A stretch of DNA of 64,000 nt from Candidatus Latescibacterota bacterium (GCA_965237675.1 OZ250150.1:2016001-2080000), one strand, 5' to 3'; positions 49,629-59,785 are shown, counted from the first letter of the stretch. Notes: generated by a model not told the origin, from the letters alone. Numbers and translations are program-made.

Positions 49629-50888
49629 CTACCTGCCGCCGAGTACGGTGCCGACGTTCAAAAGGAGCTCGATCTGATTTGCCTGTTCGTACTCATCCCC
49701 GAGCCATCGCACGTATTGCACCTCGTATCTGAGCACGATGCCGCTGTGGAGAACATGCCGGGTTCCCAGGCCAACCCCGGCGCCGAATCGAGAGCCAAAA
49801 TAGTCGCCGTCAATAGTCGTGGCGAAAATCCGGCCATACGGCGAACTCGAAGCCGATCCACGGGCGAGAAAACTGAATCCACCCTGTGCGACCCTCGCAG
49901 TGCTGGCGTCCCCTTCGCCAAGTGAGACATGGGAAACGGCTATTCCAAAATCGAAAGCCAGACGATCCATAAGAAATGAGGTCATATAAATCGATGGCGA
50001 CAGCCGTACCAGACCTCCCCCGGCGCTGGCGATCTTCAGGGCATCACCGGATTGGCCCTTCAGGACAGAATACGAGAGTAGATTCGCGCCAATTTCGCCC
50101 CTGGGCCTGTTCCGAGTTTCGAATCCTGCAGTAACCCTGGGTTTGGGCCAGGCTTCAACGGCGTCGCGTTTTTCAGCAACAACGATCACGTCGATCTCCT
50201 CGAACGCAATCTGCAGGCTTTTCCGTCTTGCAAGCCCGCGCCGCCTGGCGGGAGGCGCGTATTCGATTGTGACGCCAACGGAGTCCATGGCAACAATCTC
50301 TCCTGTTACCGCGCCTTCCTTCCCTTCCGTCGTGTAGACCACGTGAGCATACCAGCCCGTCGCGATTTGCGAAGGGTCGAGGTCGCCCCGGTACATTACG
50401 GTCACGTAGTCGGCAGCCTGCCGTGCCCGTCGCCATTTCTCAAGGGTCCGCCTGTCCGGTGCGACGGCGAGTGTCTCAATAACCGCATAAGCGATTTCCC
50501 GTCTTTCCCAGGGTCCGGATTTCACGACTATGCCATCCGTGTCTTTACCGACAATTTCCCCGTTGACGGTTCCCCGGACGCCTTCCGCCGCGTAGACGAC
50601 GTGCGCGAACCACCCCTTGACAATCTTCAAGGTGTCCAATTCCGCACGCGTCATTACAAGAACGCCCATCTCGCGGGACCACTGGTCGGATAGTTGCTCC
50701 CCACCGCTCTCGTCCCCCGTCTGCTCTACTTCTGTACTGTCTTCGGCGGCGATTGAGGCGAGTGTAGGCCCGGTTGGTGCGCTTCCTACGGGATCGACAC
50801 CCGCATCGCGTTGTGCCGCAAACGAATGGCCAGGCCAGAACATGATTACAAGCGTGATCGCGATCAGAACTGTAGGGTAACGTATCAT
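49629..50888 (-). CDS. Exported protein: two ~85-aa Sm-like repeats plus small C-terminal beta-barrel
   Basis: Signal peptide (SFA), repeats with GWFAHVVY / GWYAHVVY, C-terminal alternating strands (PYGR..FGAGVGLG..LRYEVQY). Confidence 0.72.
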   Translation of the reverse strand: MIRYPTVLIAITLVIMFWPGHSFAAQRDAGVDPVGSAPTGPTLASIAAEDSTEVEQTGDESGGEQLSDQWSREMGVLVMTRAELDTLKIVKGWFAHVVYAAEGVRGTVNGEIVGKDTDGIVVKSGPWERREIAYAVIETLAVAPDRRTLEKWRRARQAADYVTVMYRGDLDPSQIATGWYAHVVYTTEGKEGAVTGEIVAMDSVGVTIEYAPPARRRGLARRKSLQIAFEEIDVIVVAEKRDAVEAWPKPRVTAGFETRNRPRGEIGANLLSYSVLKGQSGDALKIASAGGGLVRLSPSIYMTSFLMDRLAFDFGIAVSHVSLGEGDASTARVAQGGFSFLARGSASSSPYGRIFATTIDGDYFGSRFGAGVGLGTRHVLHSGIVLRYEVQYVRWLGDEYEQANQIELLLNVGTVLGGR

Positions 50889-50967
50889 AAATGCCTCCCG
50901 GGTTAAGGATTTTTCGTTTACCTTCTCGCATTAGCGAGCGACACGTAATTGGTTGGTAGCATGATGC

Positions 50968-50996
50968 AGCTGTCAGCGATCAGCTCTCAGCCGTCA
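50968..50996. repeat. Heptamer tandem repeat (CAGCNNT)n at the intron 5' junction
   Basis: CAGCTGT CAGCGAT CAGCTCT CAGCCGT CA; similar units near 9467 and 61170-61198. Confidence 0.55.
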
Positions 50997-51545
50997 GTGC
51001 GCCGTGCAAAGGCGCGGATCTTCAGTGGGTGAGAGTCCCACCCGACAAGGGTTGCTTCAGTCGGTAGCAACCGGAGCAGGGACGTAGGTAACGAAATCTC
51101 TGACGCCTCCGGTGTAAAGGGTCGCAAGGCGACCCCGCGAGTATGCAGGCCGTAACGAGCAGTGAACGCTGAGCAGGCCTCGGAAAAAGCTAATGCGGGA
51201 GCCGGGAGATTGGTATGAGCCGGAGACCTCCGGAGAAGGTTCGGAAGCTACAGAGGACGTTACATGCCAAAGCGAAGGAATCGCCCGACTACCGATTCTA
51301 CGCGGTTTATGACAAAGTGTATCGGGAGGACGTCCTGCACTGGGCCTACCGCTGTTGCAAGGCCAACGGCGGCGCGGCAGGTGTGGATGGAGAGACGTTC
51401 GAGGATAACGAGTCATATGGACGAGAACGGTGGTTAGGCGAACTGTCGGAAGCCGTGAGAAGCAAATCGTATCGAGCAGCCCCGATCCGCCGGGTCTACA
51501 TCCCGAAGGGGGACGGCAGGCAGCGTCCGCTGGGCATCCCGACGA
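50997..51545 (+). mobile_element. Group II intron remnant (5' part only)
   Basis: GTGCG 5' boundary, domain I-like hairpins (GTGGGTGAGAGTCCCAC, GGGTCGCAAGGCGACCC), then RT N-terminus; no YADD, domain V or VI. Confidence 0.82.
51215..51545 (+). pseudogene. Truncated group II intron reverse transcriptase/maturase
   Basis: KLQRTL..KAK....RFY..YDKV, GAAGVDG, RRVYIPKGDGRQRPLGIPT, then similarity ends. Confidence 0.88.
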
Positions 51546-51645
51546 CGTGCCCGTTATATTCGGTGAGCGAATCGGCCTGCACCGGCTTGCCGGACCAGGG
51601 GCAGGTCTCATTGATGCAATCGTCAATGTCAAGAGCGCGTTTCAT
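51538..51645 (-). pseudogene. Fragment of a small YHS/TRASH-like protein
   Basis: AGGAG RBS, CINETCPWSGKPV....EYNGHVVG, cut before the expected FC...C. Confidence 0.5.
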
Positions 51646-51975
51646 CCTTAGTTCTCCTGGCGCGGCCTCGCAATGCTTGCCCGCGACAAAAAAGCGGCAA
51701 TGATCGAGCGAGCCCGTTTGATGGTTCAATCACTCCCCCCTTGAGGAGGAGTCGCAAAAGCCGGGCCCGTCCACTGAGACTTGCCCTCTTGTGCTGCTTG
51801 CACTGAGCTTGCCGAAGTGAATTGTCGAAGCAAGCCTGTCGAAGGGTGTCGAAATGTCGAAGGGCCGGCCTGTTTGCGTGCAACGCACAGGCAGGCGACG
51901 GCTGATGCGGTGGGGGGATCGCATATGGGCTGCGCCGCAAGACCGGCACTTCAGGAGTTTCAAGCAGTTGTTTTT

Positions 51976-52419
51976 CTAGTCCGAACCCCGACGAAATACA
52001 ATACCAGTGACCAGGATACCCAATATCACTCCGGTCGAAAGTCCCCCGGCGAAAACAAGCGATTTACGTGCCACGCCGCGATATTCGATGCTGACGATGT
52101 CGGCAAAACGCAATGTGAACTCCCGCCCAGCGTTGCTACGGGCAAAGGAGGTGTACGGGGTTACCGTCAGCGACATGTGCCCGATTTTTTCAATAACACA
52201 CTCGACAACGCGGCCTGTGATCGGCGTAGGGGCACCCGCCCGTATTCTAATCCTTATGCGCATGCCCTCCTTGAGTTTACCGAGAACTTGCTCTCGCATC
52301 CAAGTCTGATTGTCTTCCTCGAATACTTCGTTTGTGCGAACCAGAGGTTGCCATGTACTGCATCCGACGGTTTGTAGCGGAATTACTGCGATTAAAGCGA
52401 TACTGACTGAGCGTCTCAT
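51976..52419 (-). CDS. Lipoprotein with Sm-like domain and C-terminal TM helix (paralog 3)
   Basis: LQTVGCSTW, LGKLKEGMRIRIRI, FADIVSIEYR, C-terminal hydrophobic helix. Confidence 0.75.
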   Translation of the reverse strand: MRRSVSIALIAVIPLQTVGCSTWQPLVRTNEVFEEDNQTWMREQVLGKLKEGMRIRIRIRAGAPTPITGRVVECVIEKIGHMSLTVTPYTSFARSNAGREFTLRFADIVSIEYRGVARKSLVFAGGLSTGVILGILVTGIVFRRGSD

Positions 52420-52507
52420 TCAGTTATCTCCTCGTATTTTAGGCAGCGTGAATGCATCGTTCCATACTCAATGGGCAGTTCGCCTTCGCGGCGATGAGGA
52501 AAGCCCG

Positions 52508-53598
52508 CTAGTGTCCCGTCCCAGAAATAGCTTTACAAAATCGTTCGACTTTTTGGATGATCGATTGTGCGGTGGCGGTCCAGAGGAAAGGCTTCGACGT
52601 GTCGTTGTAGTTGTCGGTGAAGGTTTGTATTCTGTCGATAAGTTCATTGACAGATCTGAAGGAGCCGCGCCTGATGGCCTTCTGAGTGATGATATTGAAC
52701 CAGATCTCGACCTGGTTGAGCCAGGATGCGTAGGTCGGTGTAAAGTGAACGTGGTATCTGGGTCTTTGTGAAAGCCATCGTTTCACTTTGGTGTGTTTGT
52801 GCGTACAATAGTTGTCGACGATCAAATGCACATCGAGATCATCAGGGACGTTTTGGTCGATGTGGTTGAGAAACTGCAAAAACTCCTGGTGGCGGTGCCT
52901 GCGCTTGCATTGCGTCAACACCTCGCCCGAGGCAATGTCCAGGGCAGCGAACAACGTCGTGGTGCCGTGGCGGCGGTAATCGTGCGTCACGCCCTCCACA
53001 TATCCCAGCCCCATCGGCAAAAGCGGCTGGGTACGCTCCAACGCCTGCGTCTGGCTTTTCTCGTCGACACAAAGCACTATCGCAGAATCCGGTGGGTCCA
53101 GATACAGACCGACGATGTCGTGGACTTTTTCTGTGAAGAAGGGATCGTTAGATAGCTTGAAGTGCTTCTGACGGTGTGGCGCAATCCCCAATGTGGACCA
53201 GATACGTTGCACCTCGGATTTGGATATCTTCGTTTCGGCAGCGATGGAACGACACGTCCAATGGGTGCTGCCGTCTTCGGGTTTTTGGTCAGCGTCTTGC
53301 GGATCAGTGCGGTGATGTCTTCGGCCTCAACCGTGCGTGGTCTGCCCGAACGGCGTTCATCATACAGACCCATTAATCCTTGCTGGAGAAAGCGGTTACG
53401 CCAGGTGATGACGCTCTGCTGGCTCAGCCCGACTTTTTGGGCAATCACCCGGTTACTGAGACCTTCGACGCTCATCAAGACGATCTTGGCACGTCGCACG
53501 AGACCATGCGACAACGTACGAGAGGTTGAAAGTGAGTTGAGTTCCTCACGGACCTGGCCAGACAACACAATGGGCTTCCGAGGACGACCGCGTCCCAT
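52508..53598 (-). CDS. IS630 transposase in two frames (needs a -1 shift)
   Basis: HTH part RSGRPR; DDE part CVDEK, YRRHGT, IVDNY, SWLNQVE; frames join at C-AAA-AAC (A5 run at 53282-53286). Confidence 0.88.
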
Positions 53599-53690
53599 GG
53601 TTCTCTCCTTTCCCGATGGGTGTAAGAAGCGTGTAGAGAGAACATAGGACAGGCTCAATAAATAGTCAAGTTACTTTAGGGACAAAACAC
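52511..53690 (-). mobile_element. IS630-family insertion sequence
   Basis: Imperfect IRs GTGTCCCGTCCCAGAAATAGCTTTAC / GTGTTTTGTCCCTAAAGTAACTTGAC, TA on both flanks. Confidence 0.92.
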
Positions 53691-54499
53691 TAGAGCATAG
53701 AAGGATTCAGATCCCAGCGCGACATTCTGAGGATGCCGCTTTGGGTCCACCTCTGCCACCTTTCCAGGGCCTGTAAGGTTTTAGCGAAAGCGAGTGTGTC
53801 AATTTCCGAAGCTGTAATTTTCCAAGTTTCCGGTCGTTCGGCCCCGGACTTGATCACAATGCCATCCGCATCTATCTCCAGGACCTTTCCGGATGCCGTC
53901 TTTTTGAGACCCCGCCACGTGTAGACCGCGTGCGCATACCATCCCGTCGTGAGCTTCGACAGGTCGAGATCTTTACGGGACATGACGGTGATCTTCTCCG
54001 CGGCCAGTCTTGCATTCAGCCAGGATTCGAAGGTGAGCCGATCTTCTGCGACGGCCAGAATGTTAATGTCGCCAAATGCTGTTTTTCGCGTTTCAAATGG
54101 CGCGGCCTCGGATTCAATCAGGATACCATCCGGATCTATTCTCGCAATCACGCCCCATGCCACTCCTTCGATCCCTTCCGTGGTGTAGACAACATGCGCA
54201 AAGGATCCCGTTTTAAGCGTTGAGGGGTCCACTTCTCCACGCGACATCACTTTGATGCCGGTCTCCCGGGTCCTTTGGCCGGGCGCTCTCAAAATCTGCT
54301 CCTTCTTCTCGCCGCCGCTATCGTTTTCCGTCTCCAGCTTGTCCTTCACATCTGCACCGTCCGACACAGCTTCGGAAGCACTAAATGGCGCTCTACCTGC
54401 CATCTGAGTTGCGGAGAGTCGCTGCGCGGCGTGCGAACGCGACGATGCTGCAATGGTCGTCAGGATGGCTGCGAGCAATACCAGGGCGGATGACTTCAT
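53690..54499 (-). pseudogene. Exported Sm-like repeat protein truncated at the IS630 junction
   Basis: Signal peptide (SHA), two full repeats, third repeat stops after 14 aa at the IS boundary. Confidence 0.75.
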
Positions 54500-54751
54500 G
54501 GATTCTCCTCGTTGAAATACTCTACCTGCTATTTTTGTTGAAGGAGGTGAAACGGGAGAGGGAAGAAGGTAGAGGCAAAGGCGGATTCCTTGATGAGCCA
54601 GACGTGTGACGTCCCCATCATGCCTGTTGTTTGTGGTTTTTCTAACTTCTCCCCTCTTCCGTCTCTCGTCTCCCCTCATTCAGCGTCTTGCCACTTACTG
54701 TGACGATCTACCTTCATAGTAATCGCGACATTCTGGTGCCCTGGCAGACGC

Positions 54752-55975
54752 CTAAAACTCGAACGACAATGCGGCTCGCAGACCCTTGTCTCTTGTCGGC
54801 GCGATGCTCAAGTTGAGGCGGTTAATTGGAGCGTCGACCCATCGGTCGGTCTGAATCAGAGAGCCGATTGCAGTAAAGACAATAACCGGCACAAAGAACC
54901 CGGTAAACAACCGATTGACTTCATACCCGGTATCGGGGTCGTTCCATTGCGGTTCTTCCGTATTTGCTGTAACTACCAGCGCAGTCAACATTCCTGCGGC
55001 CAAACCGATCAGCAGCCCTTTGCCCGTGTTTCGGCGACGCCCATTATAAAACTCCAAATCAGTTATTGAAGAAGCGGGTACTGGAAAGACATCCCGCCTG
55101 GATGGACCAACCCCAATCAGGAATGTATCCTGTTTCACGTCGACAAGCCTGCCACGTGTCCATCTCTTTTCGGACAGTTTATCAATAGTCAAGGGCGCCT
55201 TGAAATGTAGTTCGGAATCCTCCATCAGGCGTTTGATGGCGAGTTTCACGTTTCTCCATCCCGTAATGTCGCCACGTCTTTCAGCGCCGACGATGATGTG
55301 GATGTCGTTAAACGGGATTTTTCTCAATGTGCCCGAACTCCCCCAGGAACCGTAACTGGAATTGACAACAAAGTGTCGATTTCCAATTTCCACAATTTCC
55401 GCGAGTTCGGCTCGTTTGTCGTAATTGAAATCGTATACCACGTACGCGTACCATCCGTTCTTGAGTCTAGTTACGTCGAACGTGCTACGCGACATGACGA
55501 CGAGACGGCCTTCCATCCGCCTTTGCCACCTCTCCAGCGCCTGTGGATCCCTGGCGACAACGAGCGTGTCAATTTCGGCGTACCTTATATGTATTTTTCT
55601 CCGGATTATGCCGGCGGATTTTATCCAGATGCCCTCCGGATATTTCCCGCTGATCTGGCCGGTAAAGGTGCTCTTCGCGCCTGACGAAGTGTAGATTACA
55701 TGCGCATACAATCGCTTCTCTAACTTCGATTCAATCATATTCGCCCCCGACATCACCACGACGTCCATCTGATAGAATAACCTTATTGCCCGTTCAGCGA
55801 CAGCCAGGGCACGGTCCCTCTCGGACAGGGGTTTCCGCCCGCTAAGCCTCGTGGCTTTGGTCTGTCCGATCCGCTCGGGCTTTCCGCCGGGGAGTTCCTC
55901 CGCCAGCACGGAAACGTACGGCGCAAGGATCTCGATCAACAGGCATGCGATCAATATCAAAGAGGTTGACTTCAT
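54752..55975 (-). CDS. Exported protein: two Sm-like repeats, third related domain, Gly-rich helical hairpin, terminal beta-hairpin
   Basis: Signal peptide; LYAHVIY / GWYAYVVY repeats; GLLIGLAAG; ends LSIAPTRDKGLRAALSFEF. Confidence 0.75.
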   Translation of the reverse strand: MKSTSLILIACLLIEILAPYVSVLAEELPGGKPERIGQTKATRLSGRKPLSERDRALAVAERAIRLFYQMDVVVMSGANMIESKLEKRLYAHVIYTSSGAKSTFTGQISGKYPEGIWIKSAGIIRRKIHIRYAEIDTLVVARDPQALERWQRRMEGRLVVMSRSTFDVTRLKNGWYAYVVYDFNYDKRAELAEIVEIGNRHFVVNSSYGSWGSSGTLRKIPFNDIHIIVGAERRGDITGWRNVKLAIKRLMEDSELHFKAPLTIDKLSEKRWTRGRLVDVKQDTFLIGVGPSRRDVFPVPASSITDLEFYNGRRRNTGKGLLIGLAAGMLTALVVTANTEEPQWNDPDTGYEVNRLFTGFFVPVIVFTAIGSLIQTDRWVDAPINRLNLSIAPTRDKGLRAALSFEF

Positions 55976-56097
55976 TGATTCCTCAAATCTCCGAGTACTC
56001 GTGGAACTCTACTCGGGCCGTGATCCTAGCTCATTGAGACAAAGACCGGCTATCCTCCCACTCTGTTTACCTGGCAGAATGCGATCGTGGATCTTGA

Positions 56098-57306
56098 TTA
56101 AAATCGATACGTTGTGACAGCGGTTACGCTACCGTTTCTCCTGGGCGCCAGGCCGACCGAAAAACCAGGCGCGTCAGGCGGCCTTCGCGAACGCTCGAAC
56201 ATCATTGTAGCTCCAACCAGAGGGCCTAAGAGAAGTGATGGCCAAAGGACTTCGTCTAACATCGTCATTACGACGCCTGCTCCGCATCCTGTCGCGGAAC
56301 CGGCCAATGAGTAGATGTGTCGATCATACGGATCTGCGAGGCTTGCCATGGATACACCAAGTAAATACCCCAGGGACAATCCCAGAGCGGTTTCGCCCTC
56401 GATGCAGATCTCACCTCTCATCCCGGGACGATTGCAGTTGTTTTCTGTGAAACCCATTCCGATACTGCCGATCAGAATTGCACCCCCTGCTGAGCCAAGG
56501 ATCCCTCCAAGTGCTCCGTAGATCAACTTGCCTGCAATCCGCATCGGCGCTCCGACCGTTATGGGTTGGCTTGCATTTCTCCACTGACGGATCATCTTTC
56601 TTTTTACCGTGACAGCGATGGTCTCGATGTCACCATACTCGATTTCCAGCTCTTTTCCCCATCTGGATGAATTACTGCTTCGGTCCCATGACGTGATCAG
56701 GATAACCCGATGGTCCACGTGGGTAATTTCTCCGGTGGCAGCGTCTTTGTTTCCACCCGACGTATAGGTTACGTCCGCATACCATCCCTTCCTGATCTTC
56801 GAGAGTTCAAGCGCTCCACGCGCCATCACCAGGAAACGGCCATTCGATCGTGCTTTCCACTTCTCCATCGTTTGACGGTTTCTGGCGACTACGACCGTGT
56901 CGATGTCGCTATACTCTATTTGCCACCTTTCAATGAATCCGGCTGTAGATTTAAGTGTCATTCCTTCCTGGCTTCTTTCTGCAATGGTGCCTGTCGATGT
57001 TGCCCTGACTCCTTCCGAGGTGTAGACCACATGCGTGTAACGTCCTCTCTTCAGCTTCTTCAGGTCAATACTTCCGCGTAACATTACTGCGACATCCTTT
57101 TCGAAGAATTGCTTAACTGACCGATCAACGATCTCCGCGGCGCTATCAGTCTCCATCGTCTGTTTGTGCGTCTGTTCAACAGCCGGATCCAGTCCTGCCG
57201 TGCGTTGCGTCCTCATGTAATGCAGTCGACCGGTGGCGTGGGCAAGACAGGGTGCCAGGATCTCAAGCATCAGGCCTGCATTTAATATCACGGCAGTTAA
57301 TTTCAT
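56098..57306 (-). CDS. Exported protein: two Sm-like repeats, glycine-zipper helices, terminal beta-hairpin
   Basis: Signal peptide (AHA); GRYTHVVY / GWYADVTY repeats; GALGGILGSAGG; ends SVGLAPRRNGSVTAVTTYRF. Confidence 0.75.
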   Translation of the reverse strand: MKLTAVILNAGLMLEILAPCLAHATGRLHYMRTQRTAGLDPAVEQTHKQTMETDSAAEIVDRSVKQFFEKDVAVMLRGSIDLKKLKRGRYTHVVYTSEGVRATSTGTIAERSQEGMTLKSTAGFIERWQIEYSDIDTVVVARNRQTMEKWKARSNGRFLVMARGALELSKIRKGWYADVTYTSGGNKDAATGEITHVDHRVILITSWDRSSNSSRWGKELEIEYGDIETIAVTVKRKMIRQWRNASQPITVGAPMRIAGKLIYGALGGILGSAGGAILIGSIGMGFTENNCNRPGMRGEICIEGETALGLSLGYLLGVSMASLADPYDRHIYSLAGSATGCGAGVVMTMLDEVLWPSLLLGPLVGATMMFERSRRPPDAPGFSVGLAPRRNGSVTAVTTYRF

Positions 57307-57516
57307 CGACACACCTCGCTGAAAAACTCTTCGTACTGTCCTTATGCAAGAAGGTAGGAAGAAAGAGGGTGGAAGGAAGAGGAAAACGCGGTTTTATCGA
57401 GGCGCACCGCGCGTGAGGTCTCTTGCGCGCCTTTCATTTCAGGTTTTTTCTCACCTCTTACGTCTCGCCGTATTTCGGGTTTTTCTCACGTCGCACCTCT
57501 TCCCTCTCACTGCTTT

Positions 57517-58666
57517 TTAGAACTTGAACGACATCGCGGCTCGCAGACCTCTGTCTCTTGTCGGCGCGATGCTCAGATTGATCCGTGAAGGGGAGACTTC
57601 GACCCATTTTTCGCTAATGGTTCTAACACCGACCAGGGTTCCACACAGTGTCGCGAGAGGCACAGCCAGTACCCGCGTAGAAGAATCGATCGTTGCCCTC
57701 CCGTTCTCCAACTTTCTCTCTTCTATCGTTGTCAGATACATCATGAGGATATATCAGAAATGCCGCGCCAAGTCCGGAAAGAAACCCGATCCCTATACCC
57801 TTGATCGTGTTTCGATGAAGACCCATGCTTACTTCCAGATCTTTGACTAAAGCGCGGGGGATCCGTTCGGCGCCGCGTTCGGACAGGATCTCAAGCGTGT
57901 CCTGGACGGAACCAATAAACCTCCCGGTCACCCATTTCGGCGATATCGAGGGCGCCTTTAACCGGACCCTGGGTCCCTGGAGCTCACGCATCGCCCTCTG
58001 CGTTCTCTGCCAGCGATCCATGTCTCTGCGATTGCGGGCGACGATGATGCGCTCGATATCGTCCGACCGGATTGTCCAACGGACTCCGGATTTCTTCCCG
58101 GGTTTGATTACGATATGATTCGCGTCTCTACGGATAATCACACCCGTAGTGGAGCGCCTGACACCTGAGGATCTATAATCAACGTGTACGTGCCATCCGA
58201 ATCTCAGCTTCCCGAGGTTGAGGTCTTCGTCGGACAACACCGTCATCGCCGACTTCTGAACCTGAAGCATCGCCCGTCTTGACATTCGCCACAATTCGAT
58301 GCCTCCCGGGTTGTCGGAAAACGCGAGGACCACAATATCGCGACGCGCGATCTCCCATCCTTTCCCTTCACCCGCCGCGATGACGACTCGATTCGAATTG
58401 CAGCTAACGATTCGGCCCATCGCCGCGTTTTCAACCTCGTTCGAATTGAACACCACGTACGCATACAATCCGGGCGAAAGCTTTTTCACATCAAGTTCCT
58501 TACCGGGCATGACCGTAACCGCCTTCGCATGGAGCCTCTGAATGGCCGCTTCAATTGCCGGATCCGCCTGCTGCGCGCCTCGAAGTTGTGTGGCTGCGTG
58601 CGCAAGGGCGGGTGCAATCGCGTTTGACATCAGGGTCGCGGTCAAGATGAGTGCGACAGATTTCAT
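57517..58666 (-). pseudogene. Exported Sm-like repeat protein with frameshift near 57680
   Basis: Paralog of 54752..55975; its tail NLSIAPTRDRGLRAAMSFKF lies in another frame (ORF 57517..57744). Confidence 0.72.
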
Positions 58667-58728
58667 GATTACCCTCCACAGGCTCTTACATGGCGATTTC
58701 TGCAGCGTTCGAGACGTTCTCCGGACGC

Positions 58729-59763
58729 TTATCCCTGGTGCAGTGGCGCCGCCGTTTCCATCTGCTCGAGACCGTCTTTCTCCTTCGGCGCGCCGAACTG
58801 TATAATGCTCGATCCGAGCAGGAGCAGCAGCAGGCCCAACAGCATCCAGAAGATCTTCCGGATTCGACGGATAATTCCCACGGCCAATCCGGTACCCGGT
58901 TCCAGTCCCATCAAATGAAAGAGGAACACGTGCCCGCCTTCGAAGACCCCCATGCCGTAGGGAACGAAACCGAATATCACGTTGATCACCATCATCAGTG
59001 AATGGAACAGGTAGACCGAAACGAACGGCAGTGGTTCACCCAGCACTTGAAGAATCACGTAAATCTCCAGTGTGCCGAGGCTCCATGTCAGCAGATGGAG
59101 TCCCAACAGGCCCGCCAGCCGCAAAGGGTTCAGACGGTAAAACGCGGCCAGGCTCCGATCGATCTCCGCCGCCCGGTCGCGGTACCGCTCCACAAACGTG
59201 ATCCGCATCCGCAGCAACAGATTCAAGAGCCCGGTGAAGGGATTGCGGCGCTGTCTGACGACGGTCAGAACGCCGCCGCCGACGGCCAGTGCCAGCATGG
59301 CAAAAAGCGTCCACCGGATCTCCTCCGAAAACGCGTACCGATTAAGACCCGCGATGACGCCGCCCAGGACGAAAATGACGCCGCTGATCATCTCGCCCGT
59401 TTTATTGAGGACAAGCGAGGACACGCCGGCGATCACGCCCATTCTCTGCCGCAGCATCATCACTTTGGCGACCTCTTTGCCGATCTGCGAAGCCGGCATC
59501 ACGTTTCCCAACGCTTCGCCAACCAGTTTGACCCACAGCAACGGTCTCAATCGGGGCCTCTTCTTCCCACCGTCGAAGCATTTCCGCCATGCGCAGACGT
59601 TAATGATATAGGCCGCCAGGGTAATTCCGATCGTCGGAATATATCCCCAGCCCATCATCACCACGTGCTGCCACACCTCCGGATCGCCAAGCTGGTGCAG
59701 GAGCACGCCGAGGCATGCAAGGCCCAACAGCCAGAGCAGTATATACGTTTCCTGTCTCATCAT
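58729..59763 (-). CDS. Lysylphosphatidylglycerol synthase TM / flippase-like (UPF0104) membrane protein
   Basis: About 8 TM helices, GEALGNVMPASQIGKE, FVPYGMGVFEG, GIIRR. Confidence 0.82.
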   Translation of the reverse strand: MMRQETYILLWLLGLACLGVLLHQLGDPEVWQHVVMMGWGYIPTIGITLAAYIINVCAWRKCFDGGKKRPRLRPLLWVKLVGEALGNVMPASQIGKEVAKVMMLRQRMGVIAGVSSLVLNKTGEMISGVIFVLGGVIAGLNRYAFSEEIRWTLFAMLALAVGGGVLTVVRQRRNPFTGLLNLLLRMRITFVERYRDRAAEIDRSLAAFYRLNPLRLAGLLGLHLLTWSLGTLEIYVILQVLGEPLPFVSVYLFHSLMMVINVIFGFVPYGMGVFEGGHVFLFHLMGLEPGTGLAVGIIRRIRKIFWMLLGLLLLLLGSSIIQFGAPKEKDGLEQMETAAPLHQG

Positions 59764-59785
59764 ATTCTCCTCGAATAGCGACCAG

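Noticed and set aside
46168-52419. Diversity-generating retroelement (RT near paralogous variable genes)
   Set aside because: The RT is a truncated group II intron type without YADD, and differences between paralogs are not adenine-specific.
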